NCBI GenBank assembly: GCA_016190895.1
Contig: JACPPR010000096.1
Location: 1,625 to 65,624 of the forward strand
Direction of reading: 5' to 3'
From: Chloroflexota bacterium
GTDB lineage: Bacteria; Chloroflexota; Dehalococcoidia; Dehalococcoidales; UBA2162
DNA: 64,000 nt
Shown here: piece after piece, positions 52,353 to 62,427 of the stretch
How the letters are laid out: every line of letters starts with the position of its first letter
How positions within the stretch are numbered: the stretch's first letter is position 1
Translations under genes and position numbers: made by a program
Notes under the pieces: generated by a model
Told to the model about the DNA's origin: nothing
What the model saw: the letters and a program-made list of their open reading frames with translations, nothing else
Database searches by the model: none

Positions 52353-54218
52353 ATGAGCAAGAGAATTCTGTGGCTCGTAGTGAGCGGACTAATGGCGCTA
52401 TCCCTGGTGATGGCAGCCTGCGCACCGGCAGCCCCTATCACCCCTACCACTCCGACAACCCCGACTACCCCGGCCGCTCCGACCGCTCCTGCGGCGCCCA
52501 CCACCCCGACAACGGAGAAGCCTCAGCAGGAGGCTGTTAAGCCATCCGGCGAAGTGCCCCAATATGGCGGCACGCTGAATGTCGGCCGGAGTGGGGACCT
52601 GACTTCTTTTGACCCCACGGCGAATACCGGACAGACCGCCGGGGGTGAGCATCACGACCTGGTTTATGACCCGCTCTGGCACGGCGACTGGGCGCGGGGA
52701 GTGGCCGGCGGCTACGGCACCAATGAAATTCAGTATACTGAGAATACTGACTTCTGGGAGTTGAAGGCGGGGATGGTCGCTGAAAGCACGAAGTGGACGG
52801 TCGATTCTGGTAAAAAAGAGGGCACGATTGTGTACCAGATTCGCCAGGGGATACACTGGGCGCTTAACCCGAAGAGCGAAGCCAGCCGCCTGGTCGGCGG
52901 ACGGGAGCTCACCACTGACGACGTTGTCGCCCACCTGAAGCGAATGGTGACAGACCCTAACGATTCTTATGTTTTCAGGGCACAGCCCGAGATAAGAGTA
53001 GCTCAGATAGACAAGACCGGTCCCTGGGAGGTTACCGTCAAGCTCCCGGTTGATGCCCTGGCAACCGCCATAACGCGCTTCGGTCAGGGGAAAATCGCCC
53101 CACCGGAGGTGATAAAGAAATACGGTAACCAGCGAGACTGGAGGGTATCCGCCGGCAGCGGGCCATTCATGCTTACCGATTACGTTGCGGGCAGTCAGAT
53201 AATTTATACCAAGAACCCCAATTACTGGATGACGGACCCCGTTGGGCCGGGCAAGGGCAACCAACTGCCTTATCTTGATTCCGTCAGGTCTCTCATCATA
53301 CCCGACGCTTCCACTCGGCAGGCCGCGTTCCGGACGGGAAAGATCGACATTATAGACCTTGGCTTCGAAGACGCTGGCAGGATGCGCCAGCAGGTGCCTG
53401 CGCTCAAAGAGGTAGCGGCTGGGGCGTCGTCGGCCCCGTCTACTCCTATCCGAATAGATAAAGCGCCTTTTACCGATGTCCGGGTGCGGCGGGCGATGTT
53501 TATGGCTATCGATTTCAATGCGATACTGAAGAATTTATACCCCGGTAAAGGGCAGCAAATCATAACCTGGCCATACGAATATAACCCGGCATACGCCGAC
53601 CTCTATCTCGGCCTCGATGACCCGGAGATGCCGGCATCCGTCAAGGAGCTTTATACCTATAACCCTGACAAAGCAAAGCAGCTCCTGAAAGAGGCTGGCT
53701 ATCCTAATGGCTTCAAAACTTCAGTGCTCATCACCTCCACCGACGCCGACTATTACTCGATACTAAAGGACATGTGGGCAAAAGTGGGCATCGAGCTGGC
53801 GCTCGATGTCAAAGAGAGCGGCACCAGGTCTAACATGGTCCTGAACAGACAGCAGGAAGCAATGACAACCGGCACCCGCAATCCTATCGCCATCTGGTAT
53901 GCGGCGACACATTTTTCGGATGCCGCCATGCAGAACGCCTCTCAGGTTAACGACCCCTACATTAACGAGACAATCGCTAAGATTCGACTGACTCTCCTCA
54001 CCGAAGGCACAAAGCCAGCGATGCTGATGTGGAAGGAGATGACGAAGTATGTCCTCGACCAGGCATATCACATCCCGGGCGTCAGGTCTTCAGCGACGCG
54101 CTTCTGGTGGCCCTGGCTAATAAACTATTCTGGCGAAACAGACATGGGCTATTACGTCTGGAACGCCCCAAAATTTCTCTGGATAGACCAGGAGCTGAAG
54201 AAACAGATGGGTTATTAA
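52353..54218 (+). CDS. ABC transporter substrate-binding lipoprotein, family 5 (tandem paralogue)
   Basis: Same architecture. The signal peptide and linker are nearly identical to the upstream paralogue. Confidence 0.85.
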   Translation: MSKRILWLVVSGLMALSLVMAACAPAAPITPTTPTTPTTPAAPTAPAAPTTPTTEKPQQEAVKPSGEVPQYGGTLNVGRSGDLTSFDPTANTGQTAGGEHHDLVYDPLWHGDWARGVAGGYGTNEIQYTENTDFWELKAGMVAESTKWTVDSGKKEGTIVYQIRQGIHWALNPKSEASRLVGGRELTTDDVVAHLKRMVTDPNDSYVFRAQPEIRVAQIDKTGPWEVTVKLPVDALATAITRFGQGKIAPPEVIKKYGNQRDWRVSAGSGPFMLTDYVAGSQIIYTKNPNYWMTDPVGPGKGNQLPYLDSVRSLIIPDASTRQAAFRTGKIDIIDLGFEDAGRMRQQVPALKEVAAGASSAPSTPIRIDKAPFTDVRVRRAMFMAIDFNAILKNLYPGKGQQIITWPYEYNPAYADLYLGLDDPEMPASVKELYTYNPDKAKQLLKEAGYPNGFKTSVLITSTDADYYSILKDMWAKVGIELALDVKESGTRSNMVLNRQQEAMTTGTRNPIAIWYAATHFSDAAMQNASQVNDPYINETIAKIRLTLLTEGTKPAMLMWKEMTKYVLDQAYHIPGVRSSATRFWWPWLINYSGETDMGYYVWNAPKFLWIDQELKKQMGY

Positions 54219-54280
54219 CTTGCAGATAGGTGGCTGGGGGGTGTAAATTAATAACTAAAATGAATTCAGGGAGAGGGAAT

Positions 54281-56035
54281 ATGGCAGCAAACAGCAAGGT
54301 ATACAAATGTCTCAATCCTGTCGGCAACCAGGAGCCGGTCGACCAGTTTTCGTTGGCGCCCAGGGTAAATGACCTGAACGGCAAGACTATTCATCTGAGT
54401 ATCTGCGGTGAAGCGGATATCTGGGTACCCCTGGAGAAGCGGTTAAAGACCGATTTTCCGGAAGTCAACTGGACGATGAAGAAAACATATGGTATTAATC
54501 CCGTCAAGTTATCAGAAGAAGAGAGGAAAACCACAGACGCAGTGATACTGGGAGTCTGCTGGTGACACGGGGCAGTAAACAGGCAGTTGCCTTACTTAGC
54601 CGACCTTGAGAAATCAGGCATTCCGACTGTGCTTCTTCACTACCACGAACAGACTGAAAAGCTCAATAATGATTTGAAGTTATATGGGATTCCTCATCTT
54701 CGAATGGTAGAGGCCGACCGTAAGTCTCCTGGCGGGGTAGAGGAGGCCAATATAGTTATGCAACCCTTGCTCGATGGCCTTACCAAGCCTTTGACCGCTA
54801 AAGAAAAGGAGGGCGGCCACTGGGCGATTGAAGAACCCAGGGTACTCTTCGAGGGCACCCTCGAAGAAGCCGAGGAATTCTATAATCAGACTGAAAACAT
54901 CCCCTTTTGTCTTAATACTCCCTTTGCCAAGTACACCGATGGTTTGCCGGTTGTTATTCCCACCGAAGAAAGGGTGGCGGCGATGCTTAAGGGCACCAGC
55001 CACAAATCGGACGAACTGATAACTATCCAGCGCGACATCACAGTGGGGATGGACCAGACGACTTTCAAACGTAGAAAAGGTGACCCGGTACAATTCCTGC
55101 CGATGTTCCGGACAGCTACGGTGGAACAGGTGGCGGTTAATGCGGTGATGGCAGGCTGCAAGCCCGAGCAGTTCCCTATAGCATTGGCTATTGCCGAATC
55201 AGGCGGCGGATGTGGGGATGGACGCGGCGGCGGGGGTGCCTTCCTTGTCAGTGGCCCCATCTACAAAGAGATAGGGATGAACGTTACCAACAACATATTT
55301 GGCATCGGGAATCCAGCCAACAAAGCCCTCGGCCGTCTCGGCAGTTTGCTCTGGCGCAACCTGGGCGGCTACAAGGAATCTGTCACCACCATAACGACTA
55401 TCGGCAGCCCTGTCATAAATGGCGGCTTTATCCTGGCTGAGTATACGGAGGGACTGCCGCCGGGCTGGAAAGGCTTAAATGAAGAGCTTGGCTTCAAGAA
55501 GGACGAGAGCGTCATAATGTCTATCAGGCCGGGTGCTTGGGGGCTTGGCCAGGAGCATATGCCGGGTGTTTACCGCTCACTGCAGAGAACCGGTCATGGC
55601 GCTATAGCCAGGTATCTGGGTGTTAAAGGCATCGTCGGACCACATAACTATCTGGAATTTCTCACCAAGGGGATTTGGGCTTGCAAGGAGGGCGGATTTA
55701 CTATAGCCATGCCTCCCCAGATAGCCCAGGACATGTATGACTACGGCTTTAAGACTAAACAATCCATTTACGAGTGGTTTTGGAAGAGGAGCTTCGAGCC
55801 GGTCAAAGAGTACCGCATGCGCGGCCGGCCTGATGAACATACCAATGGCTGGATGGCGATAGAAAAAACGTCAGGCAAACACTGGAAGGAATTGTCTGAT
55901 GATTACATGGTGCCGGCCGGAGGGGATGATCCGTTCGGTAGCTATAACGTAATCGTCTTCAACATGGAGGAAACACAGACTGCACGCTTCGGTGGCGGAC
56001 ACGGCGAAGCATATAGTATCGATGCCTGGAGATAA
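54281..56035 (+). CDS. candidate selenoprotein (in-frame TGA at 54563; CWU motif), UGSC-family-like N-terminal region plus a large uncharacterised domain
   Basis: Two track ORFs (54230..54565 and 54587..56035) share one frame, separated only by TGA plus 7 sense codons. Context is ...DAVILGVCW-U-HGAVNRQLPYLADLEKSGIPTVLL. RBS GGGAGAGGG before ATG 54281. A hairpin lies at 54575..54595. Confidence 0.6.
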
Positions 56036-56081
56036 AGCCTGTCTACCTCGTTTTTTCTGTAGAGACACTAATGCAGGAAGC

Positions 56082-56120
56082 GGCTACCGGAGGCACCAAA
56101 ACCTCCGGTAGCCAGTTTTC
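56082..56120 (+). terminator. rho-independent terminator
   Basis: GGCTACCGGAGG-caccaaaa-CCTCCGGTAGCC followed by AGTTTTC. Confidence 0.75.
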
Positions 56121-56156
56121 TAGTGGCGAAATACACTTCTAGAGAGGGGCCAAAGC

Positions 56157-57413
56157 ATGGCAGAACAATCAGAAAGTATGCTCAGTGGATACCGGGTCTT
56201 AGACTTGACCGATGAGAAGGGATTACTCTGTGGCAAGATACTGGGCGACCTTGGCGCTGATGTCATCAAGGTAGAGCGGCCCGAGGGCGATGCAGCCCGG
56301 CACATCGGTCCCTTCTATCACAACGAACCTCACCCCGAAAGGAGCCTCTTCTGGTTCGCTATGAACACCAGCAAGAGGGGAATCACCCTTAATATCGAGA
56401 CTATCGACGGTCGTGAAATTTTCAAGAAGCTGGTCAAGAAGGCCGACTTCGTTATCGAGTCTTTCGCGCCGGGTTACCTGAACAAACTTGGCCTGGGATA
56501 CAAAGCTTTGGAAAAAATTAATCCTGCCGTCATCATGGTTTCTATCACCCCTTACGGACCGACGGGTCCTTATAAAGACTGGAAAACATCCGACATCGTT
56601 GCCTGGGCGATGGGCGGTGAAATGAATCTGGTGGGAGATGCCGACCGTCCGCCCATCAGGATGAGCGGACATTCCCAGGTATTCCTTCAGTCCGGGTCGG
56701 ATGGCGCTATGGGTGCGCTAGCAGCTCTCTGGGGTCGGTGGAGTACCGGACAAGGGCAACAGGTGGATGTCTCCGTACTTGATTCAGCGGCTTACTCCTC
56801 CATCTACTATAATCCGGGGCCCTGGGCGAGGAGGGGGGGTGCGGGTCTTTTTATGAAGCGGGGAGTGGCGCGACAGGGCGGTCACCGCACGACAAATATA
56901 TACCGATGCAAGGATGGCTGGGTCTGCTATTCTCACGGCGGCAGCAACCGTCTTTCCCCCAGCCTGCCGCTTATCAAGTGGATGGAAGCCGAAGGGTTCA
57001 CCAACGATTTCCTGAAAAACTTCGATTGGGACCGGCCTGATTTTGCTACGATGCCACAGGAAGAGATGGACCAGGTAGAAGAGCCGACCAGCCGATTTTT
57101 CATGTCTAAGACCAAAGCCGAGCTTCTGGAGGGGTGCGTTAAATACCAGATAATGATGTATCCCTGTGCCACTGCGGCCGATATGCTGGAAAATCCCCAA
57201 CTGGCCGCCAGAGGCTTCTGGGTCAGGCTGGAGCACCCTGAGCTACACGATACCATTACCTATGCGGGCGCTTTCGGCAGCTTTTCAGAAGCTCCTATCC
57301 GCATTACCCGCCGGGCGCCGCTCATCGGCGAGCACAATGAAGAGATTTATGGGGACGAGTTGGGCATCTCAAAGGAGAAGCTCCTCACATTGAAGCAAGC
57401 CGGGGTTATTTAA
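56157..57413 (+). CDS. family III CoA-transferase (CaiB/BaiF family)
   Basis: LSGYRVLDLTDEKGLLCGKILGDLGADVIKVERP is a typical N-terminus. Confidence 0.85.
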   Translation: MAEQSESMLSGYRVLDLTDEKGLLCGKILGDLGADVIKVERPEGDAARHIGPFYHNEPHPERSLFWFAMNTSKRGITLNIETIDGREIFKKLVKKADFVIESFAPGYLNKLGLGYKALEKINPAVIMVSITPYGPTGPYKDWKTSDIVAWAMGGEMNLVGDADRPPIRMSGHSQVFLQSGSDGAMGALAALWGRWSTGQGQQVDVSVLDSAAYSSIYYNPGPWARRGGAGLFMKRGVARQGGHRTTNIYRCKDGWVCYSHGGSNRLSPSLPLIKWMEAEGFTNDFLKNFDWDRPDFATMPQEEMDQVEEPTSRFFMSKTKAELLEGCVKYQIMMYPCATAADMLENPQLAARGFWVRLEHPELHDTITYAGAFGSFSEAPIRITRRAPLIGEHNEEIYGDELGISKEKLLTLKQAGVI

Positions 57414-57450
57414 TCCCATTTGAAAGGATGGTTTGATTAAAATGCGAGTT

Positions 57451-57560
57451 GTCATGCTGGAGGGAGCGTAGCGACCGAAGCATCTCAGGGAAGGGCGGGG
57501 GCTATATCCTCCCCACCCTGAGATTCTTCGTCCCGATAAATCGGGACTCCAGAATGACAC
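57451..57560. repeat. GC-rich intergenic hairpin cluster
   Basis: gtcatgctgg...ctcagggaagggcgggggctatatcctccccaccctgag...gtcccgataaatcgggac...agaatgacac. Confidence 0.6.
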
Positions 57561-57585
57561 GACTGAGTGAAGAGAGGATAAACAG

Positions 57586-58752
57586 ATGGCGAAAAAACTG
57601 TTCGAAGGCATCAGAGTTGTCGATTTCACCCTTTACCTAACCGGTCCGCTGACAACGCAGGCTTTGTCTAATTGCGGGGCTGAAGTGATTAAAATAGATA
57701 CCAGGAGCCAGATGACGGGGGGCGGCGCCGGGGGGCAGCCGATGCAGACTAACAAGCTCAGCGCCACCCTTAATTTTGCTTCCCCGAGGGGACTGGAACT
57801 GGCCCGGCGGTTAATCGCTACGGCCGATATCGTCGTGGAGAACTTTGCCGGGGGGTCGCTGAAGCGAAGGGGACTAGGCTATGACGATATTAAGACATTC
57901 AAACCCGATATTATCTATCTCAGCACCTGTATGCAGGGACAGACCGGCCCGTATTCCAGTCACGCCGCCTCCGGACATAAACTGACCGCTTTGACTGGCT
58001 TCGACTATATCAGCGGCTGGCCCGACCGGCCGCCGAGTTATATGGCAGCTTACACCGACATTATAGCTCCCCGCTACAATATTATCGCGCTGCTGGCGGC
58101 CCTCGAATACCGACGCCGGACGGGCAAGGGACAATTCCTGGATATGTCCCAGTATGAAGGCGGCATTCAGTTTATGGCTCCCGCCATCCTCGATTATTCG
58201 GTGAATAAGCAGATTACCGAACGGGCGGGAAACAAGTATCCCTATGCTGCTCCCCATAATGCCTATCGCTGCACCGGTGAAGAGATGTGGTGCGCCATCG
58301 CCGTCTTCACTGACAAAGAGTGGCTTAGCTTCTGCAAAGTGATTGGCAAGCCAGCCCTGGCCAAAGACTCCCGGTTCACCACTTTACTGGCCAGGAAAGA
58401 GAATGAAGAGGAGCTTGACCGGCTGGTCAACGAGTGGACAAGCAGCCGCTCGGCGGAAGACGTGATGAACCAGATGCAGGCCGCCGGAGTGCCGGCCGGG
58501 ATGGTGGAAAACGGTGACGACCATATCGAGAGAAACCATCAGTTGAAGCATCGCCACTTCCTCTGGGAGTTGGACCATCCGGGTGGGCCGTTCTTTTCCC
58601 CGGCCGGAGTCCATTTCCAGCTATCCAAGACTCCCTACGAACTGCAGCGCTCCCCGATATTTGGCGAACATAACAACTATGTTTACAAGGACATCCTCGG
58701 TCTCTCGGATGAGGATATAGCTCAGTTGACACAGGATGGCGTCATCGGCTAA
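57586..58752 (+). CDS. family III CoA-transferase (CaiB/BaiF family), paralogue
   Basis: FEGIRVVDFTLYLTGPLTTQALSNCGAEVIKID... and C-terminal FGEHN. Confidence 0.85.
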   Translation: MAKKLFEGIRVVDFTLYLTGPLTTQALSNCGAEVIKIDTRSQMTGGGAGGQPMQTNKLSATLNFASPRGLELARRLIATADIVVENFAGGSLKRRGLGYDDIKTFKPDIIYLSTCMQGQTGPYSSHAASGHKLTALTGFDYISGWPDRPPSYMAAYTDIIAPRYNIIALLAALEYRRRTGKGQFLDMSQYEGGIQFMAPAILDYSVNKQITERAGNKYPYAAPHNAYRCTGEEMWCAIAVFTDKEWLSFCKVIGKPALAKDSRFTTLLARKENEEELDRLVNEWTSSRSAEDVMNQMQAAGVPAGMVENGDDHIERNHQLKHRHFLWELDHPGGPFFSPAGVHFQLSKTPYELQRSPIFGEHNNYVYKDILGLSDEDIAQLTQDGVIG

Positions 58753-58786
58753 ATCACGTATCCGCCAAGAAGGAGGGAGAAGGACG

Positions 58787-60166
58787 ATGGTCAGGAACAG
58801 AATGGACATCGCAGCAGCAAGGCTGCCTGAGAATTGGGCGCAGATGACTCCGGCACAGAAACGCCAGTACAAGCTTGATGGCTATCTCAGCACCGAAGGG
58901 AAAAACTTCGTCAGTCCCGAAGCGGAAAAAGCCTATAAGCTGAGAGCCAAGCGGATGGTGGATGTCCTCAATATCGAAGAGCCGGATACGGTGCCGGTCA
59001 ACCTGCCGGTGGGCAATCTCCCCCTGACCATGGCCGGGCTTAAACCCTACGCCAGTTTTTATGAGTATGAAAAAGTGGCTGAAGCCTATATGAAATTCAA
59101 CGAAAAATATGAAGAGGAGCTGGAGTATTTTGCCGCTCCCGCCTTCACTTCTGGCCGGATTATGGAGCTCCTGGACTACAAACTCTATTCCTGGCCCGGA
59201 TACGGGCTGCCTGAGGATGCCAGCGGCCACCAGTACATCGAGGGCGAATATATGATGGCTGACGAGTATGATGCCCTGATTCATGACCCCACAGATTTCT
59301 GGCTGAGGACCTACCTGCCCCGTGTCTTCGGCACGTTTGAAGCTTTTAGGATGTTCCAGCCGTTCACCATTATCACGGAGATTGTCCATTTCGGGCAGTT
59401 AGCGCCGCTCGGCACACCGGCGGGGCAGGGTATGCTGAAAAGGCTACTGGAGGTCGGCGAAGAATTCCAGACAAACGCCCAGATGACTGCCAAATACGCC
59501 GGCATGGGCGTCAGCCACGGCTTCCCGGTCATGGGCAGCATTTTTTGTAAGGCTCCTTTCGATACTCTCGGTGATACTCTCAGAGGCACGAAGGGTATCA
59601 TCAAAGATATGTTCACTCAGCCGGATAAGGTTCTGAAAGCGCTGGATGTGATAGCCGATATCACCATCGATGCTACGCTCAGGTCCCCGGCTTTCCCCAG
59701 GGCAGTGATGGCCGGTTATCCCCTTCATAAAGGCGCTGACGGCTGGATGTCGCAGAAACAGTTCGATACCTTCTACTGGCCGCCTATGAAGAAGGTGATG
59801 GATGCCCTCATTAAGGAGGGACTTATTCAGCGTCTCTTTGCCGAGGGCGGCTACAGTACCCGCCTCGAAGCCGTCAAGGGCTTCCCCAAAGGGACGGTGA
59901 CCTGGCATTTCGACCAGACGGATATGGCTAAAGCCAAGAAGGTTCTCGGCAAACAATGCTGCATCCAGGGCAATGTGCCCTCGGCGCTGGTCATTACCGG
60001 CACGCCGAAAGAGGTCAAGGAATACTGCCGTAAACTGATAGAAGTCTGCGGCCAAGGCGGCGGCTTCCTTCTCTGCGCCGGCGCCGTGGCCAGCAACGCC
60101 AAGCTGGATAACCTGAGGGCAATGCTAGAAGCCGTCAAAGAGTACGGGGTGTATAAGAAGGGGTAA
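58787..60166 (+). CDS. uroporphyrinogen decarboxylase (URO-D) family protein, MtaA/CmuA-like
   Basis: About 460 aa. Family-like segments DTLGDTLRG and QGNVPSALV. ATG follows GGAGGGAG. This is a family-level call only. Confidence 0.6.
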   Translation: MVRNRMDIAAARLPENWAQMTPAQKRQYKLDGYLSTEGKNFVSPEAEKAYKLRAKRMVDVLNIEEPDTVPVNLPVGNLPLTMAGLKPYASFYEYEKVAEAYMKFNEKYEEELEYFAAPAFTSGRIMELLDYKLYSWPGYGLPEDASGHQYIEGEYMMADEYDALIHDPTDFWLRTYLPRVFGTFEAFRMFQPFTIITEIVHFGQLAPLGTPAGQGMLKRLLEVGEEFQTNAQMTAKYAGMGVSHGFPVMGSIFCKAPFDTLGDTLRGTKGIIKDMFTQPDKVLKALDVIADITIDATLRSPAFPRAVMAGYPLHKGADGWMSQKQFDTFYWPPMKKVMDALIKEGLIQRLFAEGGYSTRLEAVKGFPKGTVTWHFDQTDMAKAKKVLGKQCCIQGNVPSALVITGTPKEVKEYCRKLIEVCGQGGGFLLCAGAVASNAKLDNLRAMLEAVKEYGVYKKG

Positions 60167-60291
60167 CACTCGATAAACTCAACGAGCTCGATAGATTCAA
60201 GGATGAGTTTCTCATTCTCGCCGATGGCCATATAGTTCGATAAATGCACACATTGGTGGTACTATTAATAGTATCGTAGGAGGTATCACCA

Positions 60292-60570
60292 ATGGCGAAA
60301 ACACCAAAAATCATACCAGTATCGGACCTTAGACAGAAAACCAGCGATGTTCTCAAAGAAATATCGTCCGGGGAGCCAGTTTTTATCACCCAGCGCGGAC
60401 GGGCAGCCGCTGTTATAGTCAGCATGAAAGCGTATGAACGCTCGCAGCATGAGCTGGATGTTTTGCGCTTGTTGGCTCAAGGCGAAAAGGAGATTGAAGC
60501 CGGTTCGGGCTATGAACTTGACGATGTACTCAAAGAAGCCGACCGCTTTCTGGAGTCCGCCGGGTCTTGA
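60292..60570 (+). CDS. Phd/YefM-family antitoxin
   Basis: IPVSDLRQKTSDVLKEISSGEPVFITQRGRAAAVIVS. Confidence 0.8.
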   Translation: MAKTPKIIPVSDLRQKTSDVLKEISSGEPVFITQRGRAAAVIVSMKAYERSQHELDVLRLLAQGEKEIEAGSGYELDDVLKEADRFLESAGS

Positions 60571-60926
60571 GTATTCTTTTTACCCCTACGGCTCGTCGCC
60601 AGTTCTTTGAAGCACTTGCCTATATCTATCACGATAGTCCTTCCGCCGCCATCAATTTCCGAGAGAGGATTGAAAAAGCCCTCTCTCGTCTTCATGAACA
60701 CCCTGAATCCGGGAGATACCTTCCGGAGTTTCCCACTCTTCCTTATCGGGAAGTAATTGTGAAGCCATACCGTTTCTTCTATCGCATGAAGGACAAAATT
60801 GTGTGGATTGTGGCGGTGTGGCATGGCGCTCAACTACCGAATGAACCCACCAACACTCGTTCTCTCCAGCATCCTTCCCAATGTACAAGTTGGGTGCAAG
60901 CAGAATGTTCATCCCACTTGCACTAA
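60567..60926 (+). CDS. ParE/RelE-family toxin
   Basis: TTG start overlaps the antitoxin stop by 4 nt. ...PESGRYLPEFPTLPYREVIVKPYRFFYRMKDKIVWIVAVWHGAQ. Confidence 0.7.
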   Translation: MSILFTPTARRQFFEALAYIYHDSPSAAINFRERIEKALSRLHEHPESGRYLPEFPTLPYREVIVKPYRFFYRMKDKIVWIVAVWHGAQLPNEPTNTRSLQHPSQCTSWVQAECSSHLH

Positions 60927-60985
60927 TCGTCGATTATGACGCATTATAGAAGTAGAATGCCCGGGAAGCCGGTCAGTCATTTGAG

Positions 60986-62266
60986 GTGAAAATGTTCACG
61001 GAGTTTCAGTTTCCTTACGGCGATTCCGCTTTGACCGCTCGTATTCCTACCAAAAACATCGCCTTTGCCCTGAAGAGAAAACATGCCCGGGGTCTAGCAG
61101 ATGAGACCTCCGCCCTGCTGGAGGCCGTCAGGCACCCCACCACCGCCCCTCCCCTCAGCGATTGCGTCAGCCGCGGTGACAAGGTTGTTGTTATCGTCAC
61201 GGACAATACCCGCCCCTGCCCCGATGACCGGCTGCTGCCGCCTATCCTGGCCGAGCTTGAGAAGAAACTGCCGCGGGAAAATATCACCATCATAGTCGCC
61301 CTGGGACTGCACCCGCCTCTGAGCACGGAAGAATTGATTAAAAAGCTGGGCAGGAATATCGTATCGGGCTACCGGGTGCTCAACCATGACGCCACCGATA
61401 CAGTGAACATCGGTACCACATCGAGGGGAACGCCGGTCGAGGTCAACCGGCAGGTGCTGGAGGCTGACTTTCGCATCAGCACCGGCTTCATCGAGCCCCA
61501 TTTCTTCGCCGGTTTTTCCGGCGGCAGTAAGAGCCTGTCTCCGGGCGTGGGCGGCCCTAAGTCAATCTATCATAATCACGGCTACGAGATGATAGAGCAC
61601 CAACTTTCCCGGGCCGGGATTCTGCAAGGGAACCCGGTACACGAAGATATCGTGGAGCAGGCTGGGATGGCCGGGCTCAACTTTATCGTCAACGTTTTGC
61701 TGAACGAAAGCAAGCAAATCACCCATGTGGTAGCCGGCGACCCGGTGCAGGCTCATGAGAAGGGCTGCCAGATTGAGCGAGAGCTTGCCGGCGTCGAGGT
61801 CGACCATAAAGTGGACATCACGGTGACCACCAATACCGGCGCGCCCCTCGACCTGGATTTGTACCAGACCTGCAAGGGAATCGACAGCGCCTCGCTGATA
61901 ACCCGGGACGGAGGCATAATTATCATCGCCTCTGCCTGCAATCAGGGCACCGGGCCTGAAGCGTTTACCAGGCCGCATTGTTCTGCTCGCTCGCCGGCGG
62001 AGGTGCTGCAAAAGCTAAAGCTCGACAGCCTCAACTATCTGCCCTGGCAGAACCAGCGCCTTGCCAATGTCCAGTGCATTAATGATATCTACCTGGTTTC
62101 CGAACTCGATAACAGATTGGTTGAAGATATGATGATAGCGCCTGTCCCCAGCATCGAGGCAGGTCTGGAAAAAGCGTTTCAGAAATTAGGGGCTGACGCT
62201 GAGGTGGCGGTCATACCCGAAGGACATATGGTCTTGCCTTTGCTGAAAGGCAAGACGGCTAATTAG
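60986..62266 (+). CDS. larA: nickel-dependent lactate racemase family protein (LarA, DUF2088)
   Basis: VVVIVTDNTRPCP...ALGLHPP...GFIEPHFFAGFSGG. Confidence 0.85.
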   Translation: MKMFTEFQFPYGDSALTARIPTKNIAFALKRKHARGLADETSALLEAVRHPTTAPPLSDCVSRGDKVVVIVTDNTRPCPDDRLLPPILAELEKKLPRENITIIVALGLHPPLSTEELIKKLGRNIVSGYRVLNHDATDTVNIGTTSRGTPVEVNRQVLEADFRISTGFIEPHFFAGFSGGSKSLSPGVGGPKSIYHNHGYEMIEHQLSRAGILQGNPVHEDIVEQAGMAGLNFIVNVLLNESKQITHVVAGDPVQAHEKGCQIERELAGVEVDHKVDITVTTNTGAPLDLDLYQTCKGIDSASLITRDGGIIIIASACNQGTGPEAFTRPHCSARSPAEVLQKLKLDSLNYLPWQNQRLANVQCINDIYLVSELDNRLVEDMMIAPVPSIEAGLEKAFQKLGADAEVAVIPEGHMVLPLLKGKTAN

Positions 62267-62369
62267 AAATCCCCCTCACTCCCCCTTTACGAAAGGGGGA
62301 TACCTGGAACAAAGGGAGAAAAGTAGCAGGCATCTCCCTTTGTAAAGGGAGAAAGAGGGGGGGGGATTT
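62267..62369. repeat. ~110-bp MITE-like repeat, copy 2
   Basis: gaaatccccctcactccccctttacgaaagggggatacct...aggcatctccctttgtaaagggaga...gggggattt is colinear with 21837..21949. Confidence 0.65.
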
Positions 62370-62427
62370 AGGGCACCTCGCGGGAAGCTTACCGCTGCCA
62401 ACGTCGATTACCCAGGAGAAACGGATA

